DNA from: a candidate division WOR-3 bacterium | Lineage (GTDB): Bacteria > Hydrothermota > Tepidihabitantia > SM23-42 > CAYGYG01 | Length of the DNA stretch: 50,006 nt | Direction of reading: 5' to 3' | Assembly: GCA_965648915.1 (NCBI GenBank) | Contig: CBFGIV010000013.1 | Span: 1-50,006 of the forward strand | Part shown: in pieces, positions 10,311 to 19,263 of the stretch | Layout: every line of letters starts with the position of its first letter | How positions within the stretch are numbered: the first letter of the stretch is position 1 | Notes under the pieces: generated by a model | The model's input: the letters and a program-made list of their open reading frames with translations, nothing else | What the model was told of the DNA's origin: nothing | The model's database searches: none | Made by a program: the position numbers and the translations under genes

Positions 10311-12200
10311 ATGGAAAGCAAGGCAATGGATTTTTTAAAGAAGAGACTTAGTGATAGAGAATACAAAAAACTGGTAAAGATCAACAACCCGGATTTGCAT
10401 GACTTTATTGCCAAGTATATCGAACTTTGCAATCCGGACCGGGTCTTTGTTGGAACCGATGCCCCTGAGGATATTAAGTATATCAGAGAGCAAGCGATAA
10501 AGAATGGTGAGGAGTCTTTACTTGCGACACCCGGCCATACTGTTCACTTTGATAACTATTATGATCAGGGACGGGATAAGAAGAACACCGGTATCCTGGT
10601 TTCGAAAGGTGTTGATCTTGGCCCACTAATTGAAACTAAAGATCGCGATACTGCCTTAAAAGATATATTCGAAATTTTGAAGGATATCATGAAGGGTAAA
10701 GAGGTCTATATCCGTTTTTACTGCCTCGGCCCGACCAATTCGGAATTTTCGTTACCAGCAGTACAGATTACCGATTCGAGTTATGTGGCCCATAGTGAAG
10801 ACCTCCTCTATCGTCAGGGGTATCAAGAATTTATCCGTCAGGGTCCGAAGGCAAAATTTTTCAAGTTCGTCCATTCTCAGGGTGAACTTGATGAACGAAA
10901 GACCTGTAAGAATCTCGATAAGAGAAGAATTTTTATCGACATTGAAGACAACATAGTTTATAGTGTTAATACCCAATACGGCGGTAACACGATCGGCTTG
11001 AAAAAACTGGCGATGAGATTGGCAATTGTAAAGGGTGCGAAAGAAGGATGGCTTACTGAACATATGCTGATAATGGGTGTCCATGGACCTAATAATCGGG
11101 TTACTTACTTCCTTGGTGCCTTTCCTTCACTCTGTGGTAAGACATCAACTGCGATGCTTGAAGGGGAGACGATTGTCGGGGATGACATTGCTTATCTCAG
11201 AAAGAAGAATGGAGAAGTACGAGCAGTAAATGTCGAAAAAGGGATGTTTGGCATTATCCAGGGTGTAAATTCGAAGGATGACCCGAGCCAGTGGAAGGCG
11301 CTCCATAGTCCGGGCGAGATTATCTTTTCTAATGTGCTGGTTACTGATGATAAACATGTCCACTGGATCGGTCGGGACGGTGAGATTCCCAAACACGGCT
11401 ATAACCATTCCGGTGAATGGACACCGGGGAAAAAGGATGCACAGGGTAAAGAGATCAAATGCTCTCACCCCAATGCCCGATTTACGATTTCACTCGAGAT
11501 GTTTGACAATCTCGATCCGGCCCTGAATGATCCAAAAGGGGTTGCTGTCGGCGGGATTGTTTATGGTGGTCGTGATTCTGATACCTGGGTGCCGGTCGAA
11601 GAATCTTTTAATTGGGTTCATGGCATAATCTGTAAAGGGGCATCACTCGAGTCCGAGACAACCGCTGCTACCTTAGGTAAAGAAGGAGTTCGTGAATTCA
11701 ACCCGATGTCCAATCTCGATTTCCTCTCTATCCCGGTCGGCCGTTATATTCAGTGTAATCTCAATTTTGGCAAAGGGTTGAAAAAAGTGCCTAAAATATT
11801 TTCGGTTAATTACTTCCTGAAAGACAAGGATGGTAACTTTTTGAACGAAAAGACCGACAAACGGGTCTGGTATAAATGGATGGAGTTGAGGGTCCATAAT
11901 GAGGTCGGTGCGATTGAGACGCCAACCGGTTTGATTCCCAGGTATGAAGACCTAAAACCCTTATTTAAGAAAGTCCTTGGTAAAGATTATTCTCAGGAAG
12001 ATTATACCAAGCAGTTTACAATCCGGGTTCCAGAAAATCTTGCCAAGATCGCACGCATAACTGAAATATACCGTACCAAGGTTAAAGATACTCCTGAAAT
12101 TCTTTTCAAAGTCCTTGAAGAACAGAAGAACCGATTACTGAAGGCACAGAGTAATTTTGGTGATTATATTACACCCGATAAATTCCCGGTTAAAGAATAG
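10311..12200 (+). CDS. pckG: Phosphoenolpyruvate carboxykinase (GTP)
   Basis: YGGN, WLTEHM, AFPSLCGKTS, VGDDIA and HPNARF motifs. GGAGGTGA SD before ATG 10311. Confidence 0.95.
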   Translation: MESKAMDFLKKRLSDREYKKLVKINNPDLHDFIAKYIELCNPDRVFVGTDAPEDIKYIREQAIKNGEESLLATPGHTVHFDNYYDQGRDKKNTGILVSKGVDLGPLIETKDRDTALKDIFEILKDIMKGKEVYIRFYCLGPTNSEFSLPAVQITDSSYVAHSEDLLYRQGYQEFIRQGPKAKFFKFVHSQGELDERKTCKNLDKRRIFIDIEDNIVYSVNTQYGGNTIGLKKLAMRLAIVKGAKEGWLTEHMLIMGVHGPNNRVTYFLGAFPSLCGKTSTAMLEGETIVGDDIAYLRKKNGEVRAVNVEKGMFGIIQGVNSKDDPSQWKALHSPGEIIFSNVLVTDDKHVHWIGRDGEIPKHGYNHSGEWTPGKKDAQGKEIKCSHPNARFTISLEMFDNLDPALNDPKGVAVGGIVYGGRDSDTWVPVEESFNWVHGIICKGASLESETTAATLGKEGVREFNPMSNLDFLSIPVGRYIQCNLNFGKGLKKVPKIFSVNYFLKDKDGNFLNEKTDKRVWYKWMELRVHNEVGAIETPTGLIPRYEDLKPLFKKVLGKDYSQEDYTKQFTIRVPENLAKIARITEIYRTKVKDTPEILFKVLEEQKNRLLKAQSNFGDYITPDKFPVKE

Positions 12201-12354
12201 TGTTCTTTTCAAGCGTTTAATTTTTAAATTATCATTGAATTTTAATCAAATTTAGATACAATAATAGATATAATCTTATTAAGAAAGATAAGACTTTAAG
12301 TAATATCAGACAAGTATCAATTGATCTGTCTTAATTTTGATAAGGAGGTTTCTG

Positions 12355-13326
12355 ATGGCAAAGCCCAAAGTTGCTATCTACTGGTGTGCCTCATGTGGCG
12401 GATGTGAGGAGGCCGTAGTAGACCTGGCTGAGGATATTTTGAAAGTTATTGAAGCGGTTGATATCATCTTCTGGCCGGTAGCAATGGATTTTAAGGTCAA
12501 GGATGTCGAGGCAATGGAAGATGGTTCGATTGCGGTTGCTTTCATCAATGGTGGTGTGCGTAATTCCGAGCAGGAGCACATTGTAAAACTTCTTCGCAAG
12601 AAGGCAGGTTTAGTCGTAGCCTTTGGTTCCTGTTCGCATCTCGGCGGGATTCCGGGACTGGCCAATCTCCATAATCGTGCAACCATTTTTGAAAGAGTTT
12701 ATAAGACAGTGCCGACTGTGATTAATCCCGACGGTGTCTTCCCTCAGACCAAATTCAAAGTCGATGTTGGCGAACTTTATCTTCCTGAGTTTTATGATTC
12801 GGTCTATGCCCTCAACCAGGTTATTGAAGTAGATTACTATCTACCCGGATGTGCCCCACCACCGGATCTGATTATGAATGCAGTTCAGGCGATTCTTTCC
12901 GGGAAATTACCTCCCAAGGGGACAGTCCTGGCTCCGGATAAATCGCTTTGTGATACCTGTCCCAGGGCAAAGAGTAAACCGGATAAGATTTTGATCAAAT
13001 CGATTAAACGAATCAGTGAAGTTATAGCTGATCCAGAGAAATGTTTCCTGGCCGAAGGGATTATCTGCACAGGACCGGCAACCCGGTCGGGCTGTGGGGA
13101 GAGGTGCATAAATGCCAATATGCCCTGTCGGGGATGTTTTGGACCGACTAAAGAGGTCATCGACCAGGGAGCTAAATTTCTCTCGGCACTGGCATCGATC
13201 ATCGATACCAATGACGAGAAGGAAATTCAAAAGGTAGTTGATTCTGTAATTGATCCGGTTGGGCTTTTCTATATGTATAGTCTTCCTTCATCGATCTTGA
13301 GGCGGAAAAGAACGGAGGCGAAATGA
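12355..13326 (+). CDS. mvhG: [NiFe]-hydrogenase small subunit, MvhG-like (group 3c)
   Basis: CASCGGC, FGSC, PGCAP, CDTC, CFLAEGIICTGP, CGERC and PCRGCFGP motifs. No Tat signal. AAGGAGG SD before ATG 12355. Confidence 0.88.
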   Translation: MAKPKVAIYWCASCGGCEEAVVDLAEDILKVIEAVDIIFWPVAMDFKVKDVEAMEDGSIAVAFINGGVRNSEQEHIVKLLRKKAGLVVAFGSCSHLGGIPGLANLHNRATIFERVYKTVPTVINPDGVFPQTKFKVDVGELYLPEFYDSVYALNQVIEVDYYLPGCAPPPDLIMNAVQAILSGKLPPKGTVLAPDKSLCDTCPRAKSKPDKILIKSIKRISEVIADPEKCFLAEGIICTGPATRSGCGERCINANMPCRGCFGPTKEVIDQGAKFLSALASIIDTNDEKEIQKVVDSVIDPVGLFYMYSLPSSILRRKRTEAK

Positions 13327-14783
13327 CAAAGCGAATAACAATCGATCCAATTACCAGGCTTGAAGGACATGGCCGAATTGAAATATTCTTAAATGACCAG
13401 GGTGATGTTCAAAGGGCCTTTTTACAGATACCCGAACTCCGTGGTTATGAAAAATTCTGCGAAGGCCGTCTGGTTGAAGAATTACCGAGGATCACACCAA
13501 CGATTTGCGGTGTCTGTCCAACTGCTCACCATATGGCCTCTACCAAGACCCTGGATGACCTTTATAAAGTCGATCCACCGCCTGCGGCCAAGAAGATCCG
13601 GGAACTGGTCAATTCAGCCTTTATGGCTGAAGACCATGCCTTACATTTTTATGTCTTAGGTGGTCCGGATTTTATTGTTGGGCCTGATGCACCTAAGGCT
13701 GAGCGCAATGTAATTGGTGTAATTGGGAAAGTTGGGCTCGAAATTGGCTCCAGAGTGATTCTGATGCGTAAGAAATTACGCAGTATAATCACCCTGCTGG
13801 GCGGTAGGGTGATCCATCCAGTACTGGGCTTACCCGGTGGTGTGTCAAAGGGTTTGAAAGAGGAAGAAAGAAAAGATATTATTGAAATTGCTAAGGAAGC
13901 AGTTGAATTCGGTAAATTTTCGCTTCAGGCGTTTAATGATATTGTTCTTAAGAATAAAGCCTATGTCGACCTGATCTTAGGAGATGTCTACAAACACCGG
14001 ACATACTATATGGGATTGGTTGATAAGAATAACAAGGTTAATTTCTACGATGGTGATATCCGAGTTGTTGACCCTAATGGCAAAGAGTATGTAAAATTTA
14101 AACCTCAGGAGTACTTAAAACATCTGGCCGAACATGTTGAACCCTGGAGTTACATAAAATTTCTCTATCTCAAGAATGTCGGGTGGAAGGGATTTGTCGA
14201 TGGTGAAGAGAGCGGTATCTATCGAGTTGCACCGTTAGCCCGACTCAATGCAGCCGATGGTATGGCAACACCTCTGGCTCAGGCCGAATACGAAAAGATG
14301 TTCAGTACCCTGGGTGGGAAACCGGTCCATAATACCCTGGCGATGCACTGGGCAAGACTGATTGAGTTGCTCTATGCAACCGAAAGGCTACTCGAACTTG
14401 CCCAGGATCCAGAGATTACCAGCCCGAATATTAGAACCCTGCCCAGCAATGTTCCAACTGAAGGTGTGGGAGTGGTTGAAGCACCCCGGGGGACTCTCTA
14501 CCATCATTATAAATCGGACGAAAAAGGCCGGGCAACCGAAGTTAACCTTTTGGTTGCGACCCTTAATAACTCGGCAGCGATTGCGATGTCAGTGGAAAAG
14601 GCAGCCAAAGGCCTGATCAAGAAAGGTGAAGTCTCTGACGGTTTACTCAATATGGTAGAGATGGCTTTTCGCGCCTATGATCCTTGTTTTGCCTGTGCTA
14701 CCCATTATCTTCCGGGTAAGATGCCGCTTGAAATCAATATCCGCAATAAAGATGGAGAAGTTATCAAGAAGATAGAAAGATAA
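13323..14783 (+). CDS. mvhA: [NiFe]-hydrogenase large subunit, MvhA-like (group 3c)
   Basis: TRLEGHG, L1 motif ICGVC, EAPRG and L2 motif DPCFACATH, followed by a cleavable C-terminal extension. Confidence 0.9.
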   Translation: MTKRITIDPITRLEGHGRIEIFLNDQGDVQRAFLQIPELRGYEKFCEGRLVEELPRITPTICGVCPTAHHMASTKTLDDLYKVDPPPAAKKIRELVNSAFMAEDHALHFYVLGGPDFIVGPDAPKAERNVIGVIGKVGLEIGSRVILMRKKLRSIITLLGGRVIHPVLGLPGGVSKGLKEEERKDIIEIAKEAVEFGKFSLQAFNDIVLKNKAYVDLILGDVYKHRTYYMGLVDKNNKVNFYDGDIRVVDPNGKEYVKFKPQEYLKHLAEHVEPWSYIKFLYLKNVGWKGFVDGEESGIYRVAPLARLNAADGMATPLAQAEYEKMFSTLGGKPVHNTLAMHWARLIELLYATERLLELAQDPEITSPNIRTLPSNVPTEGVGVVEAPRGTLYHHYKSDEKGRATEVNLLVATLNNSAAIAMSVEKAAKGLIKKGEVSDGLLNMVEMAFRAYDPCFACATHYLPGKMPLEINIRNKDGEVIKKIER

Positions 14784-14851
14784 CAATAATATTCTGTTGA
14801 TTATCTTATGTCATTTAATCTTGCGAAAAGGTGCTAAACCATTGATCCAAG

Positions 14852-14863
14852 ATTGTACACAAT
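14852..14863. promoter_or_regulatory. Possible GntR-family operator upstream of the gcvH-like gene and larA
   Basis: Inverted repeat ATTGT-AC-ACAAT, 27 nt upstream of the start codon. Confidence 0.3.
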
Positions 14864-14890
14864 TTTAATCACTTTTACATAGGAGGTATA

Positions 14891-15325
14891 ATGGCTGAAT
14901 ATAAAGGATATAATTTACCGGATGATCTTTATTATCATCAGGATCATGCCTGGGTTAAGATTGAAGGTGATAGGGTTCGGATCGGGATGAGCGATTTCTA
15001 TCAGAAGCTGGCTGGTGATACAACCTATGTTGATCTACCATTTGAAGGCGACTCTATAAAGCAGGGTGAAACCTGCGGTAAGATTCAATCTTCGAAATGG
15101 GTCGGTAAATTTGTTGCACCGATCAGTGGTGAGATCATCGAGGTTAACCGGGCACTGGAAGATGATTGCACATTAATTAATAAAGATCCATATAATAAAG
15201 GATGGATAATTCTGGTTAAGCCGTCAAATCTTGAAGATGAACTTAAAAATCTTTATTATGGTGACAAGGTTGCCCCCTTTATCGATAGCGAAATTGCCCG
15301 GATTGAAAAGGATAAGAAGAAATGA
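14891..15325 (+). CDS. Glycine cleavage H-protein-like lipoyl carrier (GcvH/LbpA-like)
   Basis: YYHQDHAWV, RIGMSDF, lipoyl-lysine turn IQSSKWVG (K69), APISGEIIEVN and INKDPYNKGWI motifs. Confidence 0.9.
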   Translation: MAEYKGYNLPDDLYYHQDHAWVKIEGDRVRIGMSDFYQKLAGDTTYVDLPFEGDSIKQGETCGKIQSSKWVGKFVAPISGEIIEVNRALEDDCTLINKDPYNKGWIILVKPSNLEDELKNLYYGDKVAPFIDSEIARIEKDKKK

Positions 15326-16569
15326 AGATAGAAGTTCCTTATGGAAAAGATGAGAAGATTTCAGTTGATGTCCCGGAGCGAAACGTTGCGCAGGTTGTTC
15401 ATCCCAACAAGGTTGAGGTTGAGGATGAAACCGAGACCTTACTAAAGGCAGTTACCCATCCAATAAAATCAAAATCATTCAGTGATTTCCTTAAGGATGC
15501 GCGGGATATTCTATTTATTGTGAATGATGGCACAAGGCCAACACCGACCGCTAAAGTTCTTGAGATCATTTACGACCAGATAAAGAACCAGAAGATAAAA
15601 TTTATCATTGCCACCGGCGTTCACCGGGCGCCGACCCAGGAAGAGTATAATTTCATATTTGGTAAATACTATAACGAGTTTAAAGATCGGATCTTTGTCC
15701 ACGACTGCAAGAGGAACGAAGATATGGTTTATATCGGGACATCGAAGAACGGAACAGAAATGTTTGTCAATAAACTGGGTATGGCAGCCCACAAGATTGT
15801 TATTATCGGATCGGTTGAACCTCATTATTTTGGTGGTTATACTGGGGGGAGAAAGTCTTTTCTTCCCGGGATTGCGTCTTACAAGACGATTGAACAGAAC
15901 CATAAACATGCTTTGAAACCGGGTGCCCAGGCTCTGGCTCTTGAAGGTAATCCAGTCCATGAAGATATGATTGATGCTTTAAAGACAATTGCCGATAAAG
16001 AAATCTTTTCAATTCAGACGGTGCTTGATGCGGAGCGCCGTATCTATGGTGCAACTGCAGGGCAAATCCATGACTCATTCTATGCAGCAATTGATAAAGC
16101 CAAAGAGGTTTTTTGTGTGCAGATTAAAGAGAAGGTAGATATTGTAGTTTCGATTGCACCCTATCCAATGGATGTTGATCTCTATCAATCGCAGAAGGCG
16201 CTCGATAATGGTAAACTGGCATTAAAAAAAGGCGGCATCCTGATTATGATCTCCAAGTGTCGGACCGGTATCGGTGAAAAGGCATTTCACGATCTCTTAT
16301 CAAGTATGAAGACTCCCCAGGAGGTCCTGGCCAGGATTGATAAAGAGTTTAAACTGGGCTGGCATAAGGCAGCCAAGATGGCGGAGATTGCAACCTGGGC
16401 TGAGATGTGGGGTGTGACCGATCTGAATGATTCTGATATGTCATCAATCTTCATCAAACCTTATCATAATATTCAAGAAGCGATCGACGATGCCTTAAGA
16501 ATTAAAGGCACAAATGCAAAGATTATCTTTTTAATGGATGGTTCGATCACAGTGCCGATGGTCGCATAG
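15322..16569 (+). CDS. larA: Nickel-pincer-dependent lactate racemase family protein
   Basis: DGTRPT, ATGVHR, EPHYFGGYTGGRKS, NH and YQSQKA motifs match LarA catalytic and cofactor-binding residues. Confidence 0.9.
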   Translation: MKIEVPYGKDEKISVDVPERNVAQVVHPNKVEVEDETETLLKAVTHPIKSKSFSDFLKDARDILFIVNDGTRPTPTAKVLEIIYDQIKNQKIKFIIATGVHRAPTQEEYNFIFGKYYNEFKDRIFVHDCKRNEDMVYIGTSKNGTEMFVNKLGMAAHKIVIIGSVEPHYFGGYTGGRKSFLPGIASYKTIEQNHKHALKPGAQALALEGNPVHEDMIDALKTIADKEIFSIQTVLDAERRIYGATAGQIHDSFYAAIDKAKEVFCVQIKEKVDIVVSIAPYPMDVDLYQSQKALDNGKLALKKGGILIMISKCRTGIGEKAFHDLLSSMKTPQEVLARIDKEFKLGWHKAAKMAEIATWAEMWGVTDLNDSDMSSIFIKPYHNIQEAIDDALRIKGTNAKIIFLMDGSITVPMVA

Positions 16570-16650
16570 AGTATTGAATATATCCGGCACGAGAAGAACT
16601 GAATTTGTTCAACGAAAATTTTAAATATTTGAATATTTCAAGGAGGCAAT

Positions 16651-19197
16651 ATGAAAAAGAGGAAAAAGGTCACGTCTAAAAAGTTGACCGTCAAAAAGAA
16701 AGCAAAATCTAAGATGCAGGAAGTAATTGAACGTTTGAAGGATATTGTCGGTGATGAGTATACCCTTACCGACAATGCCAGTATTTATGTATATGCCTTT
16801 GACGGTGGTATCCACCGCCATAAACCTGATGTCGTAGTTCAGGTTCAAAATGCCCAGCAGGTTCAAAAAGTTGTTCAACTGGCAAATAGATTTAAGATTC
16901 CGGTGATCCCGCGGGGCGCTGGTTCAGCACTATGCGGTCACAGTGTCCCAATTATGGGCGGGATTACAGTCGATTTGCAAAGAATGAACAAAATTAAAGA
17001 TATAAGAATTGGTGATATGTTTGTGGTCTGTGAACCTGGCGTAGTTTGTGACAATTTTAATGCGGCAATAAAACCTTATCGGTATTTCATTCCAGGGCCG
17101 GCTTCGAGCGAGGTAGCCACGATTGGTGGTATGGTGGCAGTAAATGCTTCGGGCGAAAAGGCGGTCAAGTATGGTGCGACCCGGGATTATGTTCTGGGGC
17201 TTGAGGTAGTTCTGCCAACGGGTGAGATTGCCTATATGGGAACAAAGACGATCAAACACTCTACCGGTTATCAACTCGAAAGGTTGATGTGCGGTTCAGA
17301 AGGGACCCTGGGGATTATTACCGAGATCAATATGAAGATCGTTCCCCTCCCGCCCAAGATCGCTGGTTGTATTGCCGCCTTTGATGACTTGGAAAAGGCC
17401 GGACAGTGCGTCGCCAATATTATTGCCAAACCAATTATCCCTTCGCAACTCGAAATAATGTCTGCCCCCTGTATTAAAGCAGTTAATAAAGCAGCCAAGA
17501 TGAACCTGCCCGAGGTTGCCGGTATCTTACTGATTGAGATTGATGGCCGACCCGAGACAATCAAGCAGGATGTTGAAGCAGTTGCACAGATCTGTAAAGA
17601 GACTGGTGCGGTCTCGATGGAATTCACCGAGGATGAAAAACGCATCACCGAGATCTGGAAGGCGCGGAAACAGATGATTCCATCCTTGAGTATTCTGAAG
17701 GAAGAGTATGCGACCACGATGCTGGCCGATGATATGGCAGTTCCTGTCTCTCAGATACCTAAGGCGGTCGCTGGTATCTGGGAAATTTCTAATAAATATG
17801 ATATCATCATCCCGCCCTATGGGCATGCGGGCGATGGTAATTTGCATACCAAGGTTTTGATGATTCCGACTGATCCAGAACACTGGGAGCAGGCCAAGAA
17901 GGCAGTTGCTGAGATTTATCAGTTGATTAGAGATTTAGGTGGCACGACAACTGGTGAACACGGTATTGCCATAACAAAGGCTGAAGAGTTTCATAAAGAG
18001 AAGAAGACGGTCGTCCCGGCGATGAAGGCGATAAAGAAGGCACTCGATCCAAATAATATTATGAACCCCCGGAAGATGATCGATTGGGAAAAGGGTTTTA
18101 TGTATGATCTCCGCTATCCGATTAACCCGAAGCGCAAGCTCGAAGGCCATCTGGCAAAGTGGGAAAATGAGATGATGACTTGCACAATGTGTGGTTACTG
18201 TAAAAATGTCTGCCCGACATTTATCAATCTCCTGCATGACCCACCGTCCGGCCGGGGGAGAATGGTTCTCTCCTACGGGATCCTTGAGAAAGAGATGAAG
18301 ATTGATGATAGTGTGGTGAAAGCCCTTTATCAGTGCGTTATGTGTCGGGATTGTAATCGGCGCTGTCCATCTAAGGTTAAAGTCCCGGATGTGGTCAAGG
18401 CGGCTCGAGCTGATCTTGTTGCGGCCGGCTATGCTTACGATACCCACAGGATGATTATCGAAAATATCAAAAGGACCGGTAATATCTTTGGTGATACTGA
18501 GGTGATGTTCCCAGTTCAGGAAGGTGAGACGCCGGTTTTTGTTGGTTGTCAATTCCTCTCCCGTCCTAATCAAACTAAGATGTATCTAAGACTGCTCGAA
18601 AAGGTCGGTATAAAACCAAAGGTTCAGAAAGAGATCTGTTGTGGTTATCCGATGGAGGCGCTTGGCTTTGTTAAAGATTTTGAAGAACATAAACAGAGAT
18701 TATTGGAACTCTGGCCCTATAAAGAGGTGATAACTCTCTGTCCCACCTGCACAGTCTATTTTAAGGAGGGTTATGGTTTTAAGACCAGACATGTTCTGCA
18801 GGTAATTCTTGAGAGACTGGCAGATGCTAACCCCAAGCAACTCGGCTTAAAAGTTACCTATCATGATCCCTGTGACCTTTCCCGTGGTGCCAAGATCTTT
18901 AACGAACCACGCGAGATTCTGAAAAGAATCGGCGTTGAACTGGTTGAGATGAAGTTTAACAAGGATACTTCGCGCTGCTGTGGAGGTGGTGGTGGTATTC
19001 TGACTTCAGATAACAATCTCTCCAAAGTTATTGCCCAGCAAAGGGTCCGGGAAGCCTTTAAGACCAAGACCGATACACTGGTGACGGCCTGCGCCACCTG
19101 CGAACAGGTTTTGAAAACGGCTGCAGCCGATTTAACCCAGGAAGGTAAGATCAGAGTCCGCCAGCTCTCAGAACTTGTTTTTCAGGCATTGAGTTAA
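16651..19197 (+). CDS. FAD-linked D-2-hydroxyacid dehydrogenase (GlcD/Dld) fused to 2x[4Fe-4S] and two CCG domains (GlcF/HdrD-like)
   Basis: PRGAGS, GSEGTLGII, HAGDGNLH and GEHG motifs; CTMCGYCKNVCP and CVMCRDCNRRCP; EICCGYP...CPTC and YHDPC...RCCGGGGG...CATC. Confidence 0.9.
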   Translation: MKKRKKVTSKKLTVKKKAKSKMQEVIERLKDIVGDEYTLTDNASIYVYAFDGGIHRHKPDVVVQVQNAQQVQKVVQLANRFKIPVIPRGAGSALCGHSVPIMGGITVDLQRMNKIKDIRIGDMFVVCEPGVVCDNFNAAIKPYRYFIPGPASSEVATIGGMVAVNASGEKAVKYGATRDYVLGLEVVLPTGEIAYMGTKTIKHSTGYQLERLMCGSEGTLGIITEINMKIVPLPPKIAGCIAAFDDLEKAGQCVANIIAKPIIPSQLEIMSAPCIKAVNKAAKMNLPEVAGILLIEIDGRPETIKQDVEAVAQICKETGAVSMEFTEDEKRITEIWKARKQMIPSLSILKEEYATTMLADDMAVPVSQIPKAVAGIWEISNKYDIIIPPYGHAGDGNLHTKVLMIPTDPEHWEQAKKAVAEIYQLIRDLGGTTTGEHGIAITKAEEFHKEKKTVVPAMKAIKKALDPNNIMNPRKMIDWEKGFMYDLRYPINPKRKLEGHLAKWENEMMTCTMCGYCKNVCPTFINLLHDPPSGRGRMVLSYGILEKEMKIDDSVVKALYQCVMCRDCNRRCPSKVKVPDVVKAARADLVAAGYAYDTHRMIIENIKRTGNIFGDTEVMFPVQEGETPVFVGCQFLSRPNQTKMYLRLLEKVGIKPKVQKEICCGYPMEALGFVKDFEEHKQRLLELWPYKEVITLCPTCTVYFKEGYGFKTRHVLQVILERLADANPKQLGLKVTYHDPCDLSRGAKIFNEPREILKRIGVELVEMKFNKDTSRCCGGGGGILTSDNNLSKVIAQQRVREAFKTKTDTLVTACATCEQVLKTAAADLTQEGKIRVRQLSELVFQALS

Positions 19198-19263
19198 TTG
19201 AAACAGGATGGGGCGGTATTTACGAAGCCAGAAATTAATTTATAAGAAGTTGACTCAATCGGT

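Noticed and set aside
12235..12332. FNR/Rex operator upstream of mvhG (TTGAATTTTAATCAA; ATCAATTGAT)
   Set aside because: The spacing does not fit either consensus, and such palindromes arise easily in AT-rich DNA.
12355..19197. Selenocysteine (UGA) codons in redox genes, given selAB nearby
   Set aside because: All metal-binding motifs are Cys-encoded and the ORFs are uninterrupted. No selC or selD was seen in the window.
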